A stretch of DNA of 24,000 bases from NCBI RefSeq assembly GCF_022869785.1, contig NZ_CP094997.1, forward strand, positions 4,965,066 through 4,989,065, written 5' to 3'. Below the pieces are notes generated by a model. The model was not told where the DNA came from. It saw nothing but the letters and a program-made list of their open reading frames with translations, and made no database searches. Below are positions 1 through 7,719 of the stretch, one piece after another. Source of the stretch: Dyadobacter chenwenxiniae (GTDB taxonomy: Bacteria > Bacteroidota > Bacteroidia > Cytophagales > Spirosomataceae). The position numbers and the translations under genes were made by a program. Position 1 is the stretch's first letter, and every line of letters starts with the position of its first letter.

Positions 1-794
1 AACCCAAGTCGGTCAGGATCCCCCGGTTGAAAGTTTTCAATCGTGGTGGCCAGTTTGCCGTTTGCTAGTTGCGTAATAGCGGCTTCATAGGGATGATCCA
101 GACAGAGAACAACGTAGCCATGAATTGCCAGGCCAACAGCAAGGCTGGTATAAAACGCGCGCGCGGCTCCATAGCCTGGCAGAAAAAGCACAACAGGCCA
201 CTTTTCCCGAGCTTTTGCTGGTGCTGCATTTATTAATGCATAAGTATCAATTTGATCGTAGTGGTCCATTAAAAAGCTTGGTATAACACTCACCTTTGGC
301 GGTAAAGTGGGCAACCCATCCAGGTAAAGTGAGTGGGTTCCTTTCGCGTCCCCTTGTGTTGGGTACCAAGCTTGAACAATTACATTTCTCTTATCAAAAG
401 GGTCCTCGCTTATTTGTTCAGCTCTGGTTGAATCTACCCAGCGAAAAATCTGGGTTCCGACAGAATACTTGCCGACAGGCTTTGTTAAACTAGGAACTGG
501 TAGAAAAATAGCCCAGGGCACCAGGGCAACGACCGTTAAGATCCCTAAACTAAGGTGCAGAAGTTTTCGACGCGATCCTAGTTTGCCGTAGATTGCGATC
601 ATCAACAAACAGCTCTGCAAATAAGTTGGAATATATTGCCAATAGAAACCTTTCCAAAAAAATTGAATTACTAATAAAAGGGCTAGTAAGCCTGTTGAAA
701 TAGTCAGTATGCTGTTGGCCCGCTTAGAAGAGATTATTACATAGACTGTAGTGATCGCCAGCATTACCAAAATCAGGATATCCAAGCTATTCAT
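1..794 (-). CDS. Alpha/beta hydrolase (PAF-acetylhydrolase / dienelactone-hydrolase-like) with N-terminal membrane helices. Only the 5' part is present and the gene runs off the left edge.
   Basis: I hand-translated the reverse strand from the ATG at 794..792 and found no stop down to position 1. The N-terminus is MNSLDILILVMLAITTVYVIISSKRANSILTISTGLLALLLVIQFFWKGFYWQY (hydrophobic helices). It continues VGKYSVGTQIFRWVDSTRAE..VIVQAWYPTQG..KWPVVLFLPGYGAARAFYTSLAVGLAIHGYVVLCLDHPYEA, the typical N-terminal half of this hydrolase family. It is absent from the ORF track because it has no stop inside the window. Confidence 0.6.
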   Translation of the reverse strand, partial: MNSLDILILVMLAITTVYVIISSKRANSILTISTGLLALLLVIQFFWKGFYWQYIPTYLQSCLLMIAIYGKLGSRRKLLHLSLGILTVVALVPWAIFLPVPSLTKPVGKYSVGTQIFRWVDSTRAEQISEDPFDKRNVIVQAWYPTQGDAKGTHSLYLDGLPTLPPKVSVIPSFLMDHYDQIDTYALINAAPAKAREKWPVVLFLPGYGAARAFYTSLAVGLAIHGYVVLCLDHPYEAAITQLANGKLATTIENFQPGDPDRLG

Positions 795-1093
795 AGATTA
801 TAGCAGCAATTTAAAAACAAATTTAAGATGGATTGGTCGCAGTAAAGATCCTAACAGAATCACCGAAGTGGGTTACCTACTCTCCCAACTCACCGATCAA
901 CTGAGATAAGAAAACTGAAAACTAGTCATTGTGCAGTTGTCAAATTTATGCTAAAATTAGCAATCCGTTAGTAATGAGTTATTGAAAAAGCAAAGGATAC
1001 CCACTCACTAGAAATCATAGTCGTAAAAATTAAAAACAGTAAGTCGGTACCTGTGCGGTTCAATTAGGTACTAGTTCTCTTATTTACATGTAT

Positions 1094-1609
1094 TTATAAC
1101 CTTTTTGAGAGTACTATTAGATGATTACATTTAATTCCATGATCAAATAGTGGTTCATTATAGTTGTTAATGTTACTGTCAAAATAATGCTTGACGAGGT
1201 AATCATATTCAAATCCCATTTTCTGATAAAGATATAGTGGCCCTATATTAGGGGTAGAAGTAGCAATAAGAATGGTTTTATATCCTTTCTGTTTAGCAAT
1301 TTGAAAGGAATTTTTTATCATTTTTGTTCCAATTCCCTGACCTCGCATATTCTCAGCAACGGCAAGATTTTTTATCTCAATAGTTTCGGAATTCACAGTG
1401 ACAAGTACACAAACTCCAATTGTTTCATTTTCAATCACTGTAAGATAGGTTTCTCCGCTTGATAGATAACTATCAACTAGTTTTTTCGAAGGATCAGCAT
1501 CTAACAGTAAATTGTAAGGAATTTTGTCGTTATCGTTTAACATCCTAATCTGGGAACTAATTACTAACTGGCTTTCTTTTTCTGGTAATTCCATAATCGT
1601 TAATAACAT
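1094..1609 (-). CDS. GNAT family N-acetyltransferase
   Basis: The 187-aa track ORF contains the acetyl-CoA motif MRGQGIGTKMI followed by GYKTILIATST..LYQKMGFE. The track start at 1657 is a TTG. The first ATG (MLLTIMELPEK) is at 1609 and another is at 1594. The gene is markedly AT-rich compared with its neighbours. Confidence 0.8.
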   Translation of the reverse strand: MLLTIMELPEKESQLVISSQIRMLNDNDKIPYNLLLDADPSKKLVDSYLSSGETYLTVIENETIGVCVLVTVNSETIEIKNLAVAENMRGQGIGTKMIKNSFQIAKQKGYKTILIATSTPNIGPLYLYQKMGFEYDYLVKHYFDSNINNYNEPLFDHGIKCNHLIVLSKRL

Positions 1610-1666
1610 TTTAGGGCGGGTCGTTTTGACTATATCATTGTTGTTGCCATTGGTCAAATAGCAATA

Positions 1667-1698
1667 ATATCCGCCTCGGAAATGTTCGGAGCGGATAT
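1667..1698 (-). terminator. Putative intrinsic terminator downstream of the DUF4242 gene
   Basis: Inverted repeat ATATCCGC (1667-1674) / GCGGATAT (1691-1698). On the minus strand it is followed by the T-rich run TATTATTGCTATTT. It lies 44 nt after the stop at 1742. Confidence 0.35.
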
Positions 1699-1741
1699 GG
1701 CCATAACAACCTTTATCTTCGCGATGGAATTGTGCCTGCTA

Positions 1742-2020
1742 CTAGGTATTTGCGCCGGTAGTGGGATCAATGATGGTTTTAACTTCCGCAATGGAATTAA
1801 TTGGGAAATTTCCAAGCCGGGCGTGCTCTCGTATCACCTCCTCTGACTCAGCAATGTGGACACAGTAAAGTTTATCATTTGTCACAAATGATTGTATCCA
1901 ATGATAAGGCACACCGAGTTCGCTGACTGTGGCGCACGATAATTGCGAGATAGCCTGCAATTCTTCTCCAGAAAGATTTCCCAAACCAGGAATATCTCGT
2001 TCGATAACAAATTTTTTCAT
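1742..2020 (-). CDS. DUF4242 (SCO4226-like) small protein
   Basis: 92 aa. MKKFVIERDIPGLGNLSGEELQAISQ..YHWIQSFVTNDKLYCVHIAESEEVIREHARLGNFPINSIAEVKTIIDPTTG matches the conserved pattern of the DUF4242 family as I recall it. A TACCTTTG box on the minus strand (2051-2058) lies 31 nt upstream of the ATG. Confidence 0.8.
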   Translation of the reverse strand: MKKFVIERDIPGLGNLSGEELQAISQLSCATVSELGVPYHWIQSFVTNDKLYCVHIAESEEVIREHARLGNFPINSIAEVKTIIDPTTGANT

Positions 2021-2158
2021 GTGATTTTTTATTTGTTTACAATTTGGTCACAAAGGTATCGCGCACTGGTTATATGGATTTTGGTATTATTGCCCATATT
2101 ACTAAGCAAAATTCCCTATTTTAGAATAGCAGGTGCATTTAATTTTCATCGAAACCAT

Positions 2159-3661
2159 CTACTTACTACTATTAGGGATTACAACAGAATGGAATCCATT
2201 TTGCAAGACAAATTCAAATACGGCTCCCTTTCCCGGTTCACTTAAAACCTCAATGGAAGAATGATGTAATTCAAGGATCTTTCGGACGATAGCCAACCCC
2301 AGTCCTATCCCATTCGAGGATGCGATATGCAGGTCGGCCTGTTTGTAGCGTTCGAAGATCTGCTCCTGATATTCCTTGGCTATCCCCACGCCGGTGTCCG
2401 TAACTCTTACCCTAACGCCGTTGCCGAGTTCGAGGAGGCCTACTGATATTTGCCCGCCATCCGGAGTAAATTTGAAAGCATTGTCAAGCAGGTTTTGGAA
2501 AACCCGCTCTGTCAGTGCGATATCCGCGAATACCGTCGGCAGAACGATGGGTGCTTCGAGTGTCAGGCGGATACTGCGTTCCGTGGCTTTCAGCTGGTAG
2601 GCACTGACAATGTCAGAGACCAGCTCGCCTATCGGAAACAGCTCTTTTTGCGGTGTAACGACATTGGCTTCCAGTTTCGAGTATTGGAACAATTGATCCA
2701 CCAACCCGGAAAGCCTTTTAGTGCCCTCGTGGACAATGGATAGATACCGGTCGGTTTCCGCGTGGGACAGGGAATCACCTTTGATCATCAGCGTTTCCAC
2801 ATAACCCTGCATAATCGAAAGCGGCGTCCGCAAGTCATGCGACACATTCGCGATCAGCTCCTGACGGAACCGATCGGCCGCAGTGATCTTTTCGATGTTA
2901 TCGACAATGACATCGGCCATATCATTGAAGGTAGAAGTGAGTACACCCAGATTACCCTTTGCGTAGCCACGTATCCTAGCTGAGTAGTCTCCATCCTTGA
3001 AGGTTTTCACTACGCCCGCAATGCTGCAGATGCTATCAGTGATCAGAAAAAAAGTCACTACCCCCACCACAAACGCCCCTAGCAGGGCCGCAAAAAATAT
3101 GTAAACAGCTAGCCGGAAATAAAGGTCATCATTGAGCGAGCCGAGAATCTCCTTTTGCTTTTCGCTTGCGAGTACCGCATATACATACCCCGCCACCTTC
3201 CCATTTTCAAAAACAGGTGCGACAGAGAAAATGCTTGCTTCGTCGGGATTTTTAGGATTATCTCCCAGCGGCCGCTTGCTTGAATCGGCCGCCAGCCATT
3301 CCCTGACCTTGGCCATGTCGACTTTGTTCATTTGAACGGTAGCTTGGGGTACTACATAATCGGTGATCTTGCCGAGTGTATCGAGCAGGTATACTTCCAC
3401 ACTCGGATTGGCCACCATCGTTGCATGTATGATATCGTGCGTAACCGTCGTATCAGGCTTTCCGTTTTTGATAGGTTGGGTAAAAGAGGCAAGGTGCCCC
3501 GCAATGTCACCATAAAGCTGCTGATGAGCGGCCATGTAATACGATTTGGAAAACCGCGATCCAATTAAGACGAACACCAGGGCAAGCACTAGTAAAAGGC
3601 TCGCAAATACGCCGCTGATCTTCCAGAATAAAAGGTTTCCACGGATGGTTTTTACAGACAT
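2159..3661 (-). CDS. Sensor histidine kinase (two TM helices, roughly 150-aa periplasmic loop, HAMP, HisKA, HATPase_c)
   Basis: H-box NVSHDLRTPLSIMQGY, N-box LLDNAFKFTP, G-boxes DTGVGI and GIGLGLAIV. Hydrophobic segments are ISGVFASLLLVLALVFVLIG and LAVYIFFAALLGAFVVGVVTFFLI. I chose the ATG at 3661 (MSVKTIRG...), which lies 1 nt after the regulator stop. The track start at 3691 would overlap the regulator gene. Confidence 0.9.
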   Translation of the reverse strand: MSVKTIRGNLLFWKISGVFASLLLVLALVFVLIGSRFSKSYYMAAHQQLYGDIAGHLASFTQPIKNGKPDTTVTHDIIHATMVANPSVEVYLLDTLGKITDYVVPQATVQMNKVDMAKVREWLAADSSKRPLGDNPKNPDEASIFSVAPVFENGKVAGYVYAVLASEKQKEILGSLNDDLYFRLAVYIFFAALLGAFVVGVVTFFLITDSICSIAGVVKTFKDGDYSARIRGYAKGNLGVLTSTFNDMADVIVDNIEKITAADRFRQELIANVSHDLRTPLSIMQGYVETLMIKGDSLSHAETDRYLSIVHEGTKRLSGLVDQLFQYSKLEANVVTPQKELFPIGELVSDIVSAYQLKATERSIRLTLEAPIVLPTVFADIALTERVFQNLLDNAFKFTPDGGQISVGLLELGNGVRVRVTDTGVGIAKEYQEQIFERYKQADLHIASSNGIGLGLAIVRKILELHHSSIEVLSEPGKGAVFEFVLQNGFHSVVIPNSSK

Positions 3662-3662
3662 A

Positions 3663-4394
3663 TTACAGGTCTTCATTAAATCGGTAGCCAATGCCCCAGG
3701 TGGTTAATACAAATGACGGATTGGAAACATCCACTTCAATTTTTCCTCTGAGCCGGTTAATATGTGTGTTAACCGTATGCTCATAGCCTTCGAAATCGTA
3801 ACCCCAAACCAGACTCAGCAGCTGTTTGCGGCTATAACTCCTGCCAGGATTGGAAGCCAGCAGGACGATCAGCTCAAATTCACGCGGCGAAAGCTCGATG
3901 CGCTCCCCGAGTAGCATAACTTTACGTTTCTCAATATCGATTTCAAGACCGGCAATGCTGATCTGCGGTGGCCGCGGCGTGCTATACCTGGCCTTTTCTT
4001 CGCTCCGGCGAAAAATGACGCGTACACGTGCAATAAATTCCCTGATGCTGAAGGGTTTGGTAAGGTAATCGTCGGCGCCTGTTTCAAGGCCCATAACCTT
4101 ATCAATTTCTTCTGACCGCGCAGTAAGCATCATTATTGGCGTTTGTCGGTCGTTCTGCCTTACCTTTCTGCACACTTCCATCCCATTCATGCCTGGCAGC
4201 ATTACATCCAGGATAATCAGCTCGAATGCCGAATCCAATGCCCTCTCAAGACCATTCTGCCCATTTTTTTCAGCAACCACCTTACATCCCAGATCAGATA
4301 GATGGATGGTCAGCAGCTCTGTGATATTGCTGTCGTCCTCAATGATCAAAACATTTCTTGTATCCATTTGCCCCCTGATTTTCTGCAAGTTCAT
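3663..4394 (-). CDS. OmpR/PhoB-family response regulator (receiver domain plus winged helix)
   Basis: VLIIEDD, LIILDVMLPGMNG, ADDYLTKPFS and the C-terminal LSPREFELIVLLASNPGRSYSRKQLL..VNTHINRLRGK..TTWGIGYRF. The alternative start M10 (MDTRNVLIIEDD) at 4367 is equally plausible. Confidence 0.9.
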   Translation of the reverse strand: MNLQKIRGQMDTRNVLIIEDDSNITELLTIHLSDLGCKVVAEKNGQNGLERALDSAFELIILDVMLPGMNGMEVCRKVRQNDRQTPIMMLTARSEEIDKVMGLETGADDYLTKPFSIREFIARVRVIFRRSEEKARYSTPRPPQISIAGLEIDIEKRKVMLLGERIELSPREFELIVLLASNPGRSYSRKQLLSLVWGYDFEGYEHTVNTHINRLRGKIEVDVSNPSFVLTTWGIGYRFNEDL

Positions 4395-4422
4395 AAATAA
4401 AACAGCACAAAAACCGGTGTGA

Positions 4423-4430
4423 TACTTTTG
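4423..4430 (+). promoter_or_regulatory. Candidate Bacteroidota -7 promoter box (TAnnTTTG) for the spondin/YHS/DoxX operon
   Basis: TACTTTTG matches TAnnTTTG exactly and lies 76 nt upstream of the ATG at 4506. I saw no convincing -33 TTG element, so this is weak. Confidence 0.25.
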
Positions 4431-4505
4431 TTATAATTCCGTAACGCCGGTGGGATATCGTCTCCGTTGTTTTGCATCATTCCAACACGCAAAACACAAC
4501 CGGAT

Positions 4506-5792
4506 ATGATCAAACCACTGCTTGGGCTATCGCTGACAGCCCTTATTTTCAGTTCTTGTACGAAGGACCACGATCCTCAACCACAGCCGAGGACTATTTC
4601 AATCGAGAATGTCCTTGACAGCAGACCGTTGGTACAGTCGGGAACATTCAAGGGGGCCGGCGCTCCCCCTGTAATCCTGCCCGGGCAATCCATATCTTTC
4701 TCATTTTCGGCATCCAAAAACCAGCGCCTGACCTTCGCCACCATGTACGGGTGGAGCAATGACCTGTTTTTTGCACCAGAAAATCCGGGTATAAGGCTCT
4801 ATGGTGACGACGGAACGCCCATTACAGGAGAAATTTCGTCGAAGATCAAACTATGGGATAACGGGACAAGGGTGAACGGCAAACCAGGAATGGCCCTCGT
4901 GCACCCTGGCACGGCAGAAGCTGCGAAACGAAACATCAAGGAAGTGAATGGCATGGACGACTATGGCCATGCATTTCTGCCCGCATCGCAATTGATGAAG
5001 GTGTCGCTAAATTATGACGGCAGTTCAATGTTCACTGTCACGATCAAAAACCAGTCAGGCGGTACGGCTAACGAAACACCATTCAGTCCAGGCAACTGGG
5101 CGATTTCCTATGTGGCGGGCAACGACCTGCTTTTGCCCGAACCGATCTATTCCAAAGATAAGGCTACAACGGAAGCATTGACACGCATTGCCGAAGCAGG
5201 CGACAATGGACCAATGAGTGCAATGCTGACCGGTCTGACAGGCATATTCACTCCGCTGTCGCCAATCCTTGTGATTGTTTACAACGGTAGTGAAAACCCT
5301 TTTTTCAAGTCCGGGGAAAACGACAGGGGCGAAGGATTGAAGGAATTGGCACAAAAAGGCAATGCCGACATGTTGGCTAAGGCCTTGACGGGTAAGGGTG
5401 GCGTTAAAAATGTTTACGTTCTCAAAGAACCTAACAGCACTGTGTTGTTGCCTAAAATCGGCGGAAATCCCGGCGGCAAAGTTTCCCAGTCACTGTCACT
5501 TATGCCCGGCGACCGCATCGCGATTGCAACCATGTACGGATTTTCGAACGACTGGTTTTTTGCCCCGAAAGGCAATGGTATTGACGGAAGCACCACGGGA
5601 GATGTTTCCAGCTCCATCGGATTATATGATAATGGTACGGCCATTGACCAATTTCCCGGTGCAGGTATTACCCAGTTTAATCTGGCTGGAACGCCGTTGG
5701 CAGAGAGTAAAGCCATTGCTCTGGTCCCCAACCCTAACCAATTCACCACGCTGCCAGCGATCGGCAGCATGATCAAAGTTACGCTGCAATAA
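4506..5792 (+). CDS. Spondin_N-like secreted lipoprotein with internally duplicated modules
   Basis: The ATG at 4506 gives MIKPLLGLSLTALIFSSC, a signal peptide with a lipobox Cys. There are two copies of the ATMYG(W/F)SND(L/W)FFAP...(L)(W/Y)DNGT module and two TP(F/L)SP modules. The segment TPLSPILVIVYNGSENPFFKSGENDRGEGLKELAQKGNADML resembles bacterial spondin-domain proteins. The track start at 4467 is a TTG. Confidence 0.75.
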   Translation: MIKPLLGLSLTALIFSSCTKDHDPQPQPRTISIENVLDSRPLVQSGTFKGAGAPPVILPGQSISFSFSASKNQRLTFATMYGWSNDLFFAPENPGIRLYGDDGTPITGEISSKIKLWDNGTRVNGKPGMALVHPGTAEAAKRNIKEVNGMDDYGHAFLPASQLMKVSLNYDGSSMFTVTIKNQSGGTANETPFSPGNWAISYVAGNDLLLPEPIYSKDKATTEALTRIAEAGDNGPMSAMLTGLTGIFTPLSPILVIVYNGSENPFFKSGENDRGEGLKELAQKGNADMLAKALTGKGGVKNVYVLKEPNSTVLLPKIGGNPGGKVSQSLSLMPGDRIAIATMYGFSNDWFFAPKGNGIDGSTTGDVSSSIGLYDNGTAIDQFPGAGITQFNLAGTPLAESKAIALVPNPNQFTTLPAIGSMIKVTLQ

Positions 5793-5837
5793 CCCACGCC
5801 TCGCTGTGGCAATGCAACGGGTTTTAAATTCAATCTA

Positions 5838-6305
5838 ATGAAAAAGCAAATCAGCATTTTTTTATTGCTCGCGCTCGGTCTTGGACAAGCCTTTGCGCAA
5901 ACGGTCGAGATTCGTAAAAAGCAATTTAACCTGGAAGGTTCCGGGCTGGCGATTCAAGGCTATGATCCGGTTGCATATTTTACGATGAACAAGGCACTTG
6001 AAGGTAAAAAGGAGTTTTCGACCAACTTCAACGGAACTGTCTATCGGTTTATGTCCAAACAGAACCGGGATGAATTTGCGGGTAACCCTGCCCGCTACGA
6101 ACCTCAGTATGGCGGCTGGTGTGCATTTGCAATGGGCAAGAAAGGGGAAAAGGTGGAAGTTGATCCCGAAACTTTCAAAGTCATTGACGGTAAGCTTTAT
6201 CTTTTTTACAATAAGTATTTCAACAACACCCTTAAAAGCTGGAATCAGGACGAAGCCCGTCTAAAAGCGCAGGCGAATAAGAACTGGAGCAAATTTGTAC
6301 CTTAA
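5838..6305 (+). CDS. Secreted YHS-domain protein of the Cys/Sec '(seleno)protein' type, copy 1
   Basis: Signal peptide MKKQISIFLLLALGLGQAFA. Motifs GYDPVAYF, YRFMSKQNRDEF..NP and PQYGGWCAFAM, then DGKLYLFYN. The conserved Cys is encoded by TGT. Confidence 0.8.
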   Translation: MKKQISIFLLLALGLGQAFAQTVEIRKKQFNLEGSGLAIQGYDPVAYFTMNKALEGKKEFSTNFNGTVYRFMSKQNRDEFAGNPARYEPQYGGWCAFAMGKKGEKVEVDPETFKVIDGKLYLFYNKYFNNTLKSWNQDEARLKAQANKNWSKFVP

Positions 6306-6320
6306 AATCCAAAATACATC

Positions 6321-6761
6321 ATGAGAAAAATTATTTTAGCAACGACTTTCATACTAACTGCATTGGGCAGTTATGCTCAAAAATCAGAGATATTCGCACC
6401 CGGTGGCAAAGCCATTAAAGGATATGACGTAGTGGCATTCTTCAAAGATGCCGGACCTGTTGCCGGGGCCGATAGCTTATCCTACCAATACAAAGATGCC
6501 CAGTGGCTATTTGCCAACCGCGCCAACCTGGATGCATTCAAAGCAAATCCCGACATGTATATGCCCCAATACGGCGGCTATTGTGCCTACGGAACATCCC
6601 AAGGTCACAAAGCTCCTACTGAAACGGATACCTGGACCATCGTCAACGATAAATTATACTTCAATTACAACCAGAAAGTGAAGGAAAACTGGTCGAAAAA
6701 GTGGGATGAGCTCATTAGGAAAGCCGATACAGAGTGGCCACTGATCAAAGACAAGCAATAA
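6321..6761 (+). CDS. Secreted YHS-domain protein, copy 2 (diverged tandem paralogue)
   Basis: Signal peptide MRKIILATTFILTALGSYA. Motifs GYDVVAFF, NP and PQYGGYCAYG, then NDKLYFNYN. It starts 15 nt after copy 1. Confidence 0.8.
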   Translation: MRKIILATTFILTALGSYAQKSEIFAPGGKAIKGYDVVAFFKDAGPVAGADSLSYQYKDAQWLFANRANLDAFKANPDMYMPQYGGYCAYGTSQGHKAPTETDTWTIVNDKLYFNYNQKVKENWSKKWDELIRKADTEWPLIKDKQ

Positions 6762-7159
6762 TGAGGCGTAAAACTCAAAAGACCTGGACATGGCTGCTCA
6801 GATTGGCCTCCGCCGGGATCATGCTTCAAACCGTGTTCTTCAAATTTACCGCAGCCCCGGAATCCGTTTACATCTTTTCCAGTCTGGGGATGGAGCCATG
6901 GGGCCGTATACTGGTCGGCGTTTTTGAACTGGTCGCTTCGGTATTGATTCTGGTGCCACGCACCACAGCTTACGGAGCCTTGGTGGGGATCGGCGTAATG
7001 ACCGGCGCGATATTTATGCACCTTACACGTCTGGGTATTGAAGTGCAAGGCGATTCGGGGCAGCTGTTTATTTACGCGGTGCTGGTGATGGGAAGCTGTT
7101 TGATTCTGGCCTATTGGCAACGTAGCAGTTTGTCAGGCATTAGAATGCGTGAACATTAA
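6761..7159 (+). CDS. DoxX-family integral membrane protein
   Basis: MRRKTQKTWTWLLRLASAGIMLQTVFFKFT..GRILVGVFELVASVLILVPRTTAYGALVGIGVMTGAIFMHL is a four-helix DoxX-like pattern. Its ATG overlaps the YHS-2 stop (TAATG at 6759-6763). The track start at 6734 is upstream and lies inside YHS-2. Confidence 0.75.
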   Translation: MRRKTQKTWTWLLRLASAGIMLQTVFFKFTAAPESVYIFSSLGMEPWGRILVGVFELVASVLILVPRTTAYGALVGIGVMTGAIFMHLTRLGIEVQGDSGQLFIYAVLVMGSCLILAYWQRSSLSGIRMREH

Positions 7160-7212
7160 TTGATCAGCCGGTGCCTTGCGAGGTACTGGCTGATTTTGAC
7201 CATACGATTGAT

Positions 7213-7719
7213 ATGAACAGACTAATAACAACATCACTGATTCCACTGCTGGAACAACTCGGCGATGTCCTGAGCAGGCTTAGCGATGTGCAGTATATCA
7301 GCAAAATTCCCGTATTGTCGGAAGCTTCGCTGGGTATGCATGTGCGGCACATCATTGAGTTTTTCCAGGAGCTCGAACAGGGCTATCTTGTCGGCTGTGT
7401 GGATTACGATGCCAGACGCCGGGAAAAGGCTATTGAAAACCACCTGGATTGCGCTATATTAAAACTCCGCCAAATTATCGCGAACCTCAAATATGATAAT
7501 AAAACACTGCTGCTGGCTTATAAACCGAGCAGCGGAACGCCGAATTTTCATGTTCAGACTAGCTACGAGCGCGAGCTGCTGTACAACCTCGAACACACAG
7601 TGCACCATATGGCGATATTGAAGATCGGTATCAGAGCTATATCTACCATTGAGCTGGCTGAGGATTTCGGCGTTGCCAATTCGACAATCCGATACCATCA
7701 GGATAAATGTGTACAGTAA
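7213..7719 (+). CDS. DinB-superfamily (DinB_2-like) protein
   Basis: Helical-bundle His pattern LGMHVRHIIEFFQEL ... NLEHTVHHMAILKIG. ATG at 7213. The track ORF begins at a TTG at 7171. Confidence 0.65.
   Translation: MNRLITTSLIPLLEQLGDVLSRLSDVQYISKIPVLSEASLGMHVRHIIEFFQELEQGYLVGCVDYDARRREKAIENHLDCAILKLRQIIANLKYDNKTLLLAYKPSSGTPNFHVQTSYERELLYNLEHTVHHMAILKIGIRAISTIELAEDFGVANSTIRYHQDKCVQ

Noticed and set aside
296-493. 65-aa plus-strand ORF with a TTG start
   Set aside because: It lies antisense inside the much longer open minus-strand hydrolase frame and has no recognisable motifs, so it is a shadow ORF.
1943-2245. 100-aa plus-strand ORF spanning the gap between the DUF4242 and kinase genes
   Set aside because: It overlaps the ends of two supported minus-strand genes and is mostly low-complexity AT-rich spacer translation.
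2376-3568. A series of 67-97-aa plus-strand ORFs
   Set aside because: All are antisense to the histidine kinase gene, whose H, N and G boxes are unambiguous.
5398-5857. 124-aa plus-strand and 147-aa minus-strand ORFs overlapping the 3' part of the spondin-like gene
   Set aside because: Both are nested in or antisense to a gene with clear repeated protein motifs. Neither has motifs of its own.
5838-6761. Possibility that the YHS genes are selenoproteins (in-frame TGA plus a SECIS element)
   Set aside because: Both genes encode the critical residue as Cys (TGT) and have no in-frame TGA, so these are the Cys forms.
6665-7120. 151-aa minus-strand ORF
   Set aside because: It is antisense to the DoxX and YHS-2 genes, is His/Gln/Gly-rich and matches no family pattern.
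7171-7212. TTG start for the DinB-like gene, and similar TTG or extended track starts at 1657, 3691, 4467, 6734, 13614 and 14840
   Set aside because: In each case a downstream ATG gives a better N-terminus, such as a signal peptide or typical domain start, or removes an overlap with the upstream gene. The extended starts are probably artefacts of taking the longest ORF.
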